A program made the position numbers and the translations under genes. Below are positions 13,708 to 31,114 of a stretch of DNA of 64,000 nt, in pieces. This DNA is from Octopus vulgaris (Eukaryota), in the NCBI GenBank assembly GCA_951406725.2, contig OX597838.1, positions 22,630,001 through 22,694,000 of the forward strand, in the 5' to 3' direction. Within the stretch, counting starts at the first letter, position 1; each line of letters begins with the position of its first letter. Under the pieces are notes generated by a model. That model was given only the letters and a program-made list of their open reading frames with translations. It searched no databases and was not told where the DNA came from.

Positions 13708-14330
13708 GCTCGAAATGAGGAGTAGACAGCCGACAACTGATGAAGGGTCATTTCTCTGTGTTTACTTGTCCAGTTTTCCAGTTTTCCTCGTTGTTTACGT
13801 ATTTCACACGTTTTTCCCTCGTTTGTTTATGTATTATTTGCTCCTTTGGTGACCTCCTGTGCCCATATATGCCTGTATATATGTATGCACACACACACAC
13901 ATATATTGTTACATACACACTCGCGCACACGTGTCCACACCTCGCAGTCTGAGACGAGTAAAATACACGACGTCACCAACTGTAAACAACATGAAGTACG
14001 AAAACAGGCGTGTTAAATCCGCAAACAACGAGAGAAAAAAAGTGGGGAAACAGGACAAGTAACACGGAGAACGACCCTTCATCAGTTGTCGGCTGTCTAT
14101 CTACTCCTCATTTCGAGCGCTCAACGACTATATATGAGTCTTCGAATACAGTTGCTCCCATAAATTCCAAAATAAAATTTTGGATTTATGGAGGGTCAAA
14201 GTTGGGAACAAAAACACGCCAGTGGTAACATACGAGGGAACCCGAACGGGAAAAAAACATGGAGTGTCGTTTGACCACAAGGAGAATAAAAAATAGTGAA
14301 CGCTGGGAGAAATGTTTTCTTTGAAAAGAG
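13705..14330. mobile_element. Two copies of an unclassified interspersed element in inverted orientation
   Basis: GCTCGAAATGAGGAGTAGACAGCCGACAACTGATGAAGGGTC at 13708 and its near reverse complement at ~14073-14119. Confidence 0.65.
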
Positions 14331-14559
14331 TAAAGATAGAAGAGAGAGATAGATATAGAAGAGATTGATAGAAGATGTCCGGTCCTTAGAACGACGCGCA
14401 GGAAAAGACAAATGGTCACGTGAGGAAAAGAAAGATGGACATATGTATATAGACAGAGCTGGGTTAACATAAAGCAAAATAAGCACGTTCTTAGGGCATC
14501 AAAGGAAGGAGGGGGAAACTGCAGAAATGGGAAATGGTTTACGGCACAAAAGAAATCAC

Positions 14560-14866
14560 TTTAAACTTGCTAAAATAAATTTTCTACAAAGTATAGAAGC
14601 AGACGTCTTACGTACGATTAACTTTGAGAATCTGACCAAAGACTTTGCAATTGAAAAAAAGATAAAATGAAAGGATCCAAATATAGATTAAATGGAAAGT
14701 ATACAAAAATAGACACTATTTTCCCATCTTACTGTTAGTGTTGTTTCATTTTGAGGAATAAAAATTTAATTTATAGTTTGTTATTGTTTGCATTTCAAAT
14801 TATATATGGAGGCACCGAAATCTTTTTGAGTGCTTAGAGCCTCTATGGGTCTTAATGCGGCCCTGT
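14560..14866 (+). mobile_element. hAT transposon 3' end (C-terminal dimerisation-region remnant plus TIR)
   Basis: Translates as SIEADVLRTINFENLTKDFAIEK; ends TTAATGCGGCCCTG (reverse complement CAGGGCCGCATTAA, hAT-like terminus). Confidence 0.6.
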
Positions 14867-14914
<48 letters not shown>

Positions 14915-14916
<2 letters not shown>

Positions 14917-15131
14917 AAGCGATGCTAAGAACTTTCTGGTTTTGGGTAAAAGAAAATACAGGAGGATCAGTTAATTATGATTTTATTCAATTTTATTCCC
15001 GTCTCAGATTCACACACTTATTGCAGTGGTCCTTCAGTTTTTCTAAGCCCTTAAAAAAGAACTAAGAAGATTGGGGCTCCAAGCAGGCCATTCGCGATAC
15101 CCTTAACGTCAGGAACTTTACAGCACACCCT

Positions 15132-15133
<2 letters not shown>
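14915..15133 (-). mobile_element. Mariner-derived MITE (same family as 57315-57537)
   Basis: Shares AAAATCATAATTAACTGATCCTCCTGTATTTTCTTTT with 57465-57500; degenerate TIRs. Confidence 0.75.
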
Positions 15134-15169
<36 letters not shown>

Positions 15170-15183
15170 CATACATACATACA

Positions 15184-15219
<36 letters not shown>

Positions 15220-15297
15220 TATGTATGTATATGTATATACATATATAATACATAAGACACATATATATCTTAAAGTATAGATAAACATATATGTATA

Positions 15298-15712
15298 GGC
15301 GCAGGAGTGGCTGTGTGGTAAGTAGCTTGCTTACCAACCACATGGTTCTGGGTTCAGTCCCACTGCATGGCACCTTGGGCAAGTGTCTTCTACTATAGCC
15401 TCGGGCCGACCAAAGCCTTGTGAGTGGTTTTGGTAGACGGAAACTGAAAGAAGCCCGTCGTATATATGTATATATATATATGTACGTGTGCGTATATGTT
15501 TGTGTGTCTGTGTTTGCCACCCACCCACTCCAGCATCGCTTGACAACCGATGCTGGTGTGTTTACGTCTCCGTAACTTAGCGGTTCGGCAAAAAGTGACC
15601 GATAGAATAAGTACTAGGCTTACAAAGAATAAGTCCTGGGGTCGATTTGCTCGACTAAAAGGCGGTGCTCCAGCATGGCCCACAGTCAAATGACTGAAAA
15701 ACGTAAAAGAGT
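15298..15712 (+). mobile_element. SINE family A, full length
   Basis: GGCGCAGGAGTGGCTGTGTGGTAAG (A-box-like), GGTTCAGTCCC (B-box-like), CCTTGGGCAAG core, internal (TA)/(TG)n, tail GTAAAAGAG. Confidence 0.9.
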
Positions 15713-15771
15713 AAACGATAGAGTAAAGAGTATCCGCCGACATACGTGCAAGTAGATAGATAGAATTAGAC

Positions 15772-15867
<96 letters not shown>

Positions 15868-16101
15868 TCATATACAAAACAAACACACGTACATATACAC
15901 ACAGAGATCGTTTTTCTCAACACGGTTCTTCTATGACACTTCAACAGCTACTACACAACACAATTCCGTCTGTAGTAAAGCAATGACTATAGTAAAGTGT
16001 ACACTTGTATTTACATGTTACACCGCCCACGCGCAGCACTATTTTCGTGTCAATAGTTCCACTTAAATAATGCCAACAACAACAACAACAACCACGACGA
16101 C

Positions 16102-16145
<44 letters not shown>

Positions 16146-16769
16146 TAACAATGGTAATAATAATGTTGGTTCGGATTGCTGGCGATGATGGCGCTCGTAT
16201 GGTTTTCATTGGATGCTAGTGACAGGAGTGGTGGGGGAGTGGTGAGATGGTGTGGGGGGGAGTGGTGAGATGGTGCGGTGGGAGTGGTGAGATGGTGTGG
16301 TGGGAGTGGTGAGATGGTGTGGTGGGGTGGGTGCGATTGCGTTGGTGTATTTGGTGCGTTCGTGTTGATGCTGTCTCTGTGTGCGGCAGACAGTTTCCAC
16401 ATCCTATCGACTCATGAATCACATGTGTGTGTGTGTGTGTGTGTTTATATATATATATGTGTGTGTGTGTTTATATATGTGTGTGTGTGTGTTTATGTGT
16501 GTGTGTGTGTGTGTGTATACGTATGTAAGTGTTTATATATATATATGTGTGAATGTGTGTGTGTGCATACATATGTAAGTGTTTATATATATATATATAT
16601 ATATGTGTGTGTGCCTGTATGTAAATATTTATATATGTATATATATATATAGAGAGAGAGAGAGAAAGGAAGAGGAGGAGAGAGAGATACATACATATAA
16701 TACATACAAACATATATATCATCGACAGGTGTATGCAACAATGTTAATATGAACATATATATATATATA

Positions 16770-16830
<61 letters not shown>

Positions 16831-16834
<4 letters not shown>

Positions 16835-17038
16835 TAATCCAAACATGAAAACACAAAGAGAAAACGCAAGAACGCGAGGAGGTGGAACAAATATAGTATT
16901 AATGGACGCTCAGGAAGGAAGGGAAGAAGGAGGGTTTAACGTTTCGAGCGGAGCTCTTCGTCAGAAACATAGGAGAAGGAAAGATCCATAGAAGGGAAGG
17001 CGGAGGAAAAATATCGCCAACGGTACACACGCGGTCAC

Positions 17039-17040
<2 letters not shown>
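16831..17040 (-). mobile_element. Short HHR-bearing element between (TA)n tracts
   Basis: 210 bp bounded by (TA)n; shares AGGTGGA..GTATTA..CGCTCAGGAA with 34773-34977. Confidence 0.65.
16934..16968 (-). ncRNA. Type I minimal hammerhead ribozyme motif
   Basis: GUUU-CUGACGA-A-GAGC(UCC)GCUC-GAAA-CG-UU-AAAC: canonical core, perfect stems I and II, palindromic stem III ACGU, GUU triplet. Confidence 0.85.
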
Positions 17041-17096
<56 letters not shown>

Positions 17097-17143
17097 GTGT
17101 GTGTGTGTGTGTGTGTGTACATATATATGTCTATATATGCATA

Positions 17144-17190
<47 letters not shown>

Positions 17191-17230
17191 TTACACACGC
17201 ATACATACATACACACAGACAGACAGATAA

Positions 17231-17293
<63 letters not shown>

Positions 17294-17727
17294 TGTTTCT
17301 TTATTAACCACACAGGGCTCAACACAGAGGGGACAAATTACAAAGTAGAGCTTTTCTTTCTGGGGAGAAAAAAAAGTTGGGTAGGTTTTCGATCAAAAGG
17401 GATTGTAAAAAGAGAGAAAAAATTATCAATAGGGATCGTGTATCACAGAAATATCATGATGTAAAGTTTAAAGGAGGAAGCAGATAAAGTTTATCTGTGG
17501 AAAGAAAAGCCTACGGAAAAGGCCACGGTAACCTCGGTCAATAATGTCACATGTTAACACGTTTATTTGCAAGTAAGTAACTCTCTGTTTTTAAATTTTT
17601 CCGGATTCATAGGATCATGTTCAAGGTGGCTTCGTCATTCATACGTGCTATCCTTGCTACATTCACCCATCTTTTTTTTTAACATTCGCCAGACAAAACT
17701 TGCCTCTCTACTTTCACTTTCCTCTCA
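17294..17727 (-). mobile_element. L1/Tx1-like LINE 3' end abutting (GATA)n
   Basis: Minus strand ..KRWVNVARIARMNDEATLNMIL* then a 3' UTR ending AATAAAGAAAC into (TATC)n; a second copy lies at 27135. Confidence 0.6.
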
Positions 17728-17984
17728 CCGACCAAAGCCTTATTGAGTGGATTTAGCAGACGATAACTGAAGCCGTCGTGTATATGTGTGTGTGTGCGTG
17801 TCTGTGCCATTGTGCATGTGTTTGTCCCCTACCATCGCTTGACAACTAGTGTGTAAGGAGTGACAAAACGAGCGGACAAATTGCCAGGTTGAACAGAATT
17901 CAAATGAGTTAAAAAACTTTTAAACTTATCCAACGCCACGGCGAAGAATGAAGAATTCCTATGGATTTCTATGGAAATATAAAA

Positions 17985-18125
17985 GAAGGCGCGTGGCTTA
18001 GTGATTTGGGGATTCAGATCACGATTGTTAAGTCGTAAGTTCGATACTTAACGGCGTTTTCTGTCTTTGAGCAAAAGACTTTATTTCGTGTTGCTCCAAT
18101 CCACTCAGCTGGTAAAATTGGGTAG
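17985..18125 (+). mobile_element. SINE family D head (diverged)
   Basis: GGCGCGTGGCTTAGTG..GTTCGAT..TTGAGCAA..GTTGCTCCA..CAGCTGGTAAAA. Confidence 0.7.
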
Positions 18126-18308
18126 TACCTATGTTTCTGTGTCACACTCTGTGTCACGCAGAATCTTTGAGTAGCACCTGTATTTCTGTGTCACACTCTG
18201 TGTCACACTGAATCTTTGAGTAGCACTTGTATTTTTATGTCACACTTTGTGTCACGCTGAATCTTTAAGTAGCACATGTATTTCTGTGTCACACTCTGTG
18301 TCACGTTA
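18122..18308 (+). repeat. 49-bp tandem repeat, ~3.7 copies
   Basis: GTAGCACCTGTATTTCTGTGTCACACTCTGTGTCACGCTGAATCTTTGA units starting at 18122, 18171, 18220 and 18269. Confidence 0.9.
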
Positions 18309-18867
18309 CCTTAATTGAAACCCGGGCTTCCGGGAAATTTCTCAAAAAGTAGTTTTTGTCTAAATACGACGCTTATGTCCATATGTGGATGGCTGTGATG
18401 TTAACTATACCATCCACCATTTACACCTGCTCCAAATATGCCATCCATCATTTTCACTCAAAGAGCCCTTATCACTGTGTCTATCTTGTCTCCTGACGAT
18501 GCCACAGATGCAAATGTTCAGGGTGGGATTTCAAATTATGACAGCTAGGAGATAACGTGATATTGGTGGGGGATGTCACATGATCACCCGATTCTCTCGG
18601 GATTTTCCGAGAGTAAATTCTCCTCTCTTCATCATGTTGGGCTTGTGTTTAATGTCCTTGTTCATCACACGTTTCGTAGTAGATTTCGGTCTTGATCCGC
18701 TTAAGAATGGCCTCCATCGATTAGTTAGAGGTTACTCTTCACCGATGATGGTACCTTACCAATTATCGGTGGCAAATATTTTTATTTACCTGAGGATTAG
18801 TAAATAAACTAACACACTCCTGAGACGGATGTAACAGTAGGCTTTCGGAAAATTACTGGTACTTTTA

Positions 18868-19286
18868 GGCGTAGGAGTGGCTGTGTGGTAAGTACCTTGC
18901 TTACGAACCACATGGTTCCGGGTTCAGTCCCACTGCGTAGCACCTTGAGCAAGTGTCTTCTACTATAGCCACGGGCCGACCAAAGCCTTGTGAGTGGATC
19001 TGGTAGACGGAAACTGAAAGAAGCCCGTCGTATATATGTTTATATATGTATGTGTGTGTTTGTGTATATATGTTTGTGTGTCTGTGTTTGTCCTCCCATC
19101 ATCGCTTGACAACTGATGCTGGTGTGTTTACGTCTCCGTAACTTAGCAGTTCGGCAAAATAGTCCGATAGAATAAGTACTGGGTTTACAAAGAATAAGTC
19201 CTGGGGTCGATTTGCTCGACTAAAAAAGGCGGTGCTCCAGCATGGCCACAGTCAAATGGCTGAAACAAGTAAAAGAGTAAAAGAGT
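18868..19286 (+). mobile_element. SINE family A, full length
   Basis: Near-identical to 15298-15712. Confidence 0.9.
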
Positions 19287-19554
19287 ACTTTTTCATGAAG
19301 CCAGTACCAGTAAAAACTTACCGGGAGAAGGACACGAAATTGGAGGACAAATGTTTAATGTTTTGGTAAAAACAAAAATTCTTTCGCAGAAGGAAACAAT
19401 CACTCAATTCTTTGACTTTGTCTTTCTGCATGAGGTAACGTAACACTGAGTTCGCTACACATAGGGAAAATGACGGGATGGTCACCGCTGGAATGTATTC
19501 GATGCTAGGACTCCCCAATCAGGGCTGCAAGCAAAGCAAAATTTCTTCCTGAGA

Positions 19555-19770
19555 CTCATAAGGGCCGCTTTCCCTGTTTCAATGGCGTGTATATACCCAA
19601 CCTGGATGGGGCGCTAGTCCATTGCAAGATTACTCATTTTTACCAGCTGGAGCAACGTGAAATGAACTGTTTTGTTCAAGAACACAATGGCATCACCCAG
19701 TCCAGGAATCGAAACCACAATCTTACGATCATGCGTCCAACACCCTAACCACTAAACCACGCGCCTCCAC
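19555..19770 (-). mobile_element. SINE family D
   Basis: Minus strand GGAGGCGCGTGGTTTAGTGGTTAGGG..GGTTTCGATTCC (tRNA-like boxes)..TGTTCTTGAACAAAAC. Confidence 0.75.
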
Positions 19771-19837
19771 AATACAGGGCTGACATGCAATTAAAACAAC
19801 AGCCTCTATGCATAGCTAAATGATCTGCTAAATGTAG

Positions 19838-20219
19838 AAGCACTCCGTCGGTTACGACGATGAGGGTTCCGGTTGATCCGAATGAACGGAACAGCCTGCT
19901 CGTGAAATTAACGTGTAAGTGGCTGAGCACTCCACAGACACGTGTACCCTTAACGTAGTTCTCGGGGATATTCAGCGTGACACAGAGAGTGACAAGGCCG
20001 GCCCCTTGAAGTACAGGTACAACAGAAACAGGAAGTAAGAGTGAGAGAAAGTTGTGGCGAAAGAGTACAGCAGGGATCACCACCATCCCCTGCCGGAGCC
20101 TCGTGGAGCTTTTAGGTGTTTTCGCTCAATAAACACCCACAACGCCCGGTCTGGGAATCGAAACCGCGATCCTATGACCGCGAGTCCGCTGCCCTAACCA
20201 CTGGGCCATTGCGCCTCCA
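19838..20219 (-). mobile_element. SINE family C, full length
   Basis: Minus strand GGAGGCGCAATGGCCCAGTGGTTAGGGCAGCGG..GGTTTCGATTCCC; the body matches 1-150 and the tail matches 33165-33250. Confidence 0.85.
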
Positions 20220-20559
20220 TGTCCTATTGTCTTAAGAACAAGCAAGACGTAGTGGATTATCTTGTAATTAAATAATCCAAGTACGGGCCACCTTTTTCGA
20301 GAAGTGGGCCGCACGAGACATGACTCATCAACTGGCTGGCTACACTACTAACAACGAAAACAAAACAGAAAAATCGAGCCACAGACTTTAAGACTGGAGA
20401 AATCGAAAAAGGTGGGAAGGCCACGAAAGGACGGCCGTTTTTGATCAACAGGTAGGTCTTGTTCGATCAGATCGCTATTGATCTGAAGATTTCAACCAAA
20501 TTTATGTTGTTGCTGTTGTTGTTTTTAACTCTTGTTACCTCCCCCTACAATACACCAGA

Positions 20560-20736
20560 TAACCTGTCTCCACCACGACCACCACCACTTAAAAACAAAA
20601 ACGACCATCGTATCACACAGATGCCTAAGGCCACCACCACCACCAACACCACCACCACCACCACTGCCGCCGCCGCCGCCACTATCATCAACGTCATCAA
20701 CACCATCTGTTCATCACCACCACCACCACCACCACC

Positions 20737-20797
<61 letters not shown>

Positions 20798-20814
20798 CCA
20801 CCACCACCACCACC

Positions 20815-20872
<58 letters not shown>

Positions 20873-21915
20873 CCATCGTCGTCATCACATTGTACAATCA
20901 CCATCACAACCATCACCATCGACACACACCATCATCCTACAACCACAGCAAACCATTGTAAATAACAGCACTGCCCTCATACCATCACCATCGCATAGCC
21001 ACCGCCACCACCATCACCATCAGAGCACCAACATCATCATACCACCATCACCGCCATCATCAAACCCCACCACCAACGCCCCACTACCACCACCCACTAT
21101 CACCATCACATTCCTACCCACCCCTATCATAACCATCGCCACCAACACATCACACCACCCGTCCAACACTACCACCACTACCACAGTCGATATCACCACT
21201 ACAACCACTGCCAGCACCACAAAAACATTCCCACATTTCCAATACCACCACCACTACCACCACCACTGCCGCCACCACCACCACAACCACTATGACCAGC
21301 ATCGTCATCACCACCACCAACCTCAACATAACCACCACTACCATCACCACTATCACCTCCACTACCACCATCACAACCACAACCACCACCACAACCACCG
21401 CCATCGTCACCACAACCACCACCACCATCACAGCTACCATCCTCACCACCACTAACAGCACCACAACTACAGCCACCACCACCACAACCACCGCCATCAC
21501 CAACACAACCACCACCACCACCACAACAACAACCACCACAACCACCGCCACCACCATCAAAGCCACCACCACCATCACAGCCACCACCCTCACCACCACT
21601 AACAGCACCACAACTACAGCCACCACCACCACAACCACAACCACAACCACAACCACCGCCATCACCACCACAGCCACCACCACCACCATCACAGCCACCA
21701 CCCTCACGACCACTGACACCACCACCACCACAACCACCACCACAACCACCACCATCACACCACCATCACAGCCACCACCACAACCACCACCATCATCACC
21801 ACAACCACCACCACCACCGCCATCAACACCACAACCACAACCACCATCATCACAGCCACCACTTTCACCACCACCACCAACGCCACCGCCATCGCCGTCG
21901 CCGTCGCCCTCTTAC
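20560..21915 (+). repeat. (ACC)n/(ATC)n/(ACA)n trinucleotide region
   Basis: Direct inspection. Confidence 0.95.
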
Positions 21916-21921
21916 TGCATT

Positions 21922-21959
<38 letters not shown>

Positions 21960-22259
21960 ACCTGCGTATAAAATTAATGAAGCACCATTCCGACGCCACC
22001 ATCTTCTTTGAACGAGGTCAGTGAGTCAAATTCACGAGACACCGGCTCGACTTGAACACAGAACGATCAGGTTACGATAGAAAACATGCACATGGACCTA
22101 AGATCGCTTCGGGTTTCTACACGCCGCACAGCCAATGCGTAAATAATGCTATACGACGGACGGGTGTATAGTATCATATATACATGCGTATTAAAGAATG
22201 TATACACAGCATATTATATAGGAAACGCTAAAAGCATGACACATCACTGGTGATTGTTA

Positions 22260-27125
<4,866 letters not shown>

Positions 27126-27134
27126 AGGTAGATA

Positions 27135-27285
27135 AGTTTCTTTATTGGCCACACAGGCCTGCACACAGATGGGACAAGTTACAAGGTAGAGCTTTTCTTT
27201 TGGGGGATGAAAAAAAGGGGGTGGCGTAGGTTTTCGATCAAGAGGGATCGTAAAAGGGAAGAAAAGAACAAAAAAAAAAGAATAA
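27135..27285 (-). mobile_element. 3' UTR fragment of the L1/Tx1-like LINE within (GATA)n
   Basis: GTTTCTTTATT.GCCACACAGG..GGGACAA.TTACAA.GTAGAGCTTTTCTTT, matching 17296-17410. Confidence 0.7.
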
Positions 27286-27293
27286 AAAGATAA

Positions 27294-27354
<61 letters not shown>

Positions 27355-28226
27355 GGATGAGAGAAAATAAGAGAGAGAGAGAGAGACAAAATGAGAGCAA
27401 AGAGAGAGAAAGAAAGAGACAATGAGTACTATAGATTTGGTACATCATTCAATTCGTCTGTTGTAATGTTCTCTCTTCTGTCTATCTTTGAAAGCCTTTT
27501 GTCCGCTTTGTCATAAAGAGACCGGTAACTCTTCATTCGTCCCCTTTACTATTCTTTCTTCTCTCTTTCTATCCATTTGGCTTTTCTCTCTCTCTTTTTC
27601 TCTCTGCCTGTGTGTCTGTCTGTCTCTCTCTCTCTCTCCCTCCCTCGTACTCTTTCTGTTTCTTTTTTCCCTTCTCTCTATTATCACGGATTACCCAATG
27701 ATTTTAGGGGTCGACTGTTAGAAGGCTTCGTTTAAGCAACAATAGTAGGGGTGGTAGGGCTTAGCTATATGATTTCAGAATTCTTCTACGTAGCCTCGCA
27801 GTTTCAGGTTCGATTCCCGAGGGAATACGTCTGCTACCAATAACCTTGATATTGCTCAAAGGCCTTGCGATTTGATTGGCGAAAACTGAGCGGAAGGGCC
27901 CCTTTTCTTTCCTTTCCTTTCCTTTTCTTTTTATTTCTTTTCTGCTGTGGTGGTGATTGCGGCGGTGTTGCTGATAATATTTAATCCGTCGTTCTGTGAA
28001 ATATCACTACCATACACCATTCACTGCCTTGCAAGCATCTAAGCACGATCCCTGCTATAAGGAAGGCTCCCTACCACTTTGAGGAGCTCCCAGAAAGTGG
28101 TTTGTAGGCGCCTCTAAGTAAGAATAGTATTTGAATGTTCCCTCTTTCAGTCTTTTACTCCGTTGTCTTTTTTTTTTTCTTTCTCAACTCCACCCTTTTG
28201 TGACATTCTCTCTCGCAACGAAATAC

Positions 28227-28277
<51 letters not shown>

Positions 28278-28355
28278 CCTATCTATCTATCTATTTATCT
28301 ATCTATCTATCTGTCTATCTATCTATCTAACCATCTATCTATCTGTCTGTCTATA

Positions 28356-28389
<34 letters not shown>

Positions 28390-28560
28390 CCTACCTAACT
28401 ACCTACCTACCTATTTATCTATCTATCTATTTATCTGCCTGTCTGTCAGTCTGTCTATCAATCCATCTACCTATCTATTTATCTCTCTCTTTCTTTCTCT
28501 CCTTTCTCTTTCCCCTAACTCTCAGTATCTTCTCTTTCCTCTTTCTTTTTCCAGTCTATA

Positions 28561-28597
<37 letters not shown>

Positions 28598-28821
28598 TTC
28601 TCTTATCCTCTTTCTCCTTTCTCTCACAAACTGTTATGACTTACGTATCTTACACATTTTATCTTTCCCTCCATCTCTCTCCAATTACTTCTCTCTCTTC
28701 CACTCCCTCCCTTATATATACCTGTCTATACCATCATTTCTCTCTCTCTTTCTCTCTCTCTCTCAGCCGTACATCTATCTATCTATCTATCTATCTACCT
28801 ATCTATATATCTATCTATCTA

Positions 28822-28864
<43 letters not shown>

Positions 28865-29559
28865 CTATCTATCTATCTGTCTGTCTATCTATCTATCTAT
28901 TTACTTACACATTTCTCCACCAACATGCATCACTCTATCAATCAATCTATCTCCGATATCTGTTCTATACCTTCATCTCTCTCTCACATTCTCCCCCGCC
29001 CCCTTCCATTTTCCCAACTGACTCATCACAGAGCTAACTCTTCATCCGACGAACGGATTTATCATTTAACTCCTCAACAATTTCTCTTTTCAAATGATAA
29101 CAAAAAAAAAAAATAGACTCAAATCTCAAGATTTTCTATCGTAAATACATTTCGATCGCGTTATTTCTGATCCATTTTTGGAGACTGGCTGGATTGCCTT
29201 GCCGGAGTGTTAAAGGTATATTTGTACAAATAATATTTAAGTTAACGAGAACCTCCTACTACATACAATACCGACAGAAAGATATTAAGATATCAGTTAT
29301 TGTGTGTCTCAAAAGAAAGCAAAAACAATATAAGCTATCTTGTTCAATGAAGAAAAATATACTTAATCGTGTATCAGACTTCTTTTCGATTTGCTGTCTC
29401 AGGTCCCGGCATATTTTGTAAAAGGGAAGTCGAAACAAATGTCTTCAATGGTGATTATTTCAATAAATCAAGCAACAAATTCGCTTCTCTTCTTTGCATT
29501 CTGTTATTACATATTTTATTTATTTTTGTAGCGCCAACGTATATTTATATACACTCACA

Positions 29560-29649
<90 letters not shown>

Positions 29650-29905
29650 CATGTATGTATGTATATGTATGTATATAAATATATATATTTGTGTATATAT
29701 ATATATATACGCAAAAACATGCATATGTATGCATATAAGTATATTCACACATACAATTATATATATTTATGTATACAACTCTCTCTCACTCTCGCAATAT
29801 ATATTTTGAGAGAGAGACAGACAGACAGTGAAGAAAGAAAAAGAGAGTTGTATATATTTGTATATACAGATGGATAAATAGATATATAGATTGATAGATA
29901 GATAA

Positions 29906-30000
<95 letters not shown>

Positions 30001-30012
30001 TACACATACATA

Positions 30013-30078
<66 letters not shown>

Positions 30079-30276
30079 ACGCGCAAGAGAGAGAGATAGT
30101 AGTATATATATCTCTATATATAATATATATATATATAATATATATAGAAGTTACTGTCAAAGTCATTCTTGTATTAAAATGATAAATTTGTCGAGAAACT
30201 CTTGAGATTAATGTAAAATTGTTTCACTTACAACTGAACATAAAAATAAACATTAATGTATAAATATATATGTATG

Positions 30277-30351
<75 letters not shown>

Positions 30352-30353
<2 letters not shown>

Positions 30354-30545
30354 AGCAACAAAGATATCCAGAGGTAATGCAGTACGATCGTTTCATGTAA
30401 CTCCATTTAATTGAACAATGCAATCATTACATCAATTTAAATTGCAGAGCAATCTTCAGCTGCACAAACACATAGAATTTAATTAAATTAGAACAGATGG
30501 AGATATTAGTATAATTATACCTAAAATATCCAAGAAGTTAGGAAT
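30352..30545 (-). mobile_element. Short HHR-bearing element between (TA)n tracts
   Basis: ~190 bp of unique sequence bounded by (TA)n and containing the HHR at 30378-30464. Confidence 0.6.
30378..30464 (-). ncRNA. Type I hammerhead ribozyme motif with long stem II
   Basis: UGCAG-CUGAAGA-[~58-nt imperfect hairpin]-GAAA-CGAUCG-UA-CUGCA: canonical core, perfect 5-bp stem I, palindromic stem III ACGAUCGU, GUA triplet. Confidence 0.8.
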
Positions 30546-30562
30546 ATATATATATATACAAA

Positions 30563-30716
30563 ATGAGACAAGAACGCAAAACATCCAGACAGTTAGGTGG
30601 TATAAAAAAGGGACAGCAAAACATCCAGATAGACGATACAAAGAAAACAAGGACGGGTCATTTGGAGTTGTCTTTCCTCAGTCGAGTTCCAGATAATCTT
30701 TGCAATTTCGGTTGGT

Positions 30717-30718
<2 letters not shown>
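30563..30718. mobile_element. Unclassified (TA)n-embedded element (same family as 56412-56810)
   Basis: GCAAAACATCCAGACAG..GATACAAAGAAAACAAGGA.GGGTCATT..CTTTCCTCAGTC..ATCTTTGCAATTTCGG shared with 56420-56565. Confidence 0.75.
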
Positions 30719-30751
<33 letters not shown>

Positions 30752-31009
30752 GCATGTATGCATGTATGTATGAACGTATGTATGTATGTATGTATGTATG
30801 TATGTATGTATGTATGTATGTATGCATTAATGTGTGTATGCATATATACCTGTATATATATGTGTATGTATATCTGTATGTATATGTATGTGTATGTATG
30901 CAATTATATCGCAATTATATGTATGTATATGTATGTGTATGTTACAATTATATCGCAATATAATATGAAGAAAAAATTATGAGTGCGCACAAATACATGC
31001 CGACGCACA

Positions 31010-31042
<33 letters not shown>

Positions 31043-31046
31043 TACA

Positions 31047-31114
<68 letters not shown>

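Noticed and set aside
18122-18308. CRISPR-like periodicity (also 6470-6730, 45445-45845, 50948-51065)
   Set aside because: Tandem units without unique spacers, no cas genes, and a eukaryotic context.
18488-18525. CUGACGA-UGC..GCA-AAUGUUC possible HHR
   Set aside because: The GAAA box is missing and stem I cannot be formed; at most a highly decayed relic.
29365-29450. GACUUC/GAAGUC stem followed by GAAAC..GUC
   Set aside because: No CUGANGA-type box and no stem I.
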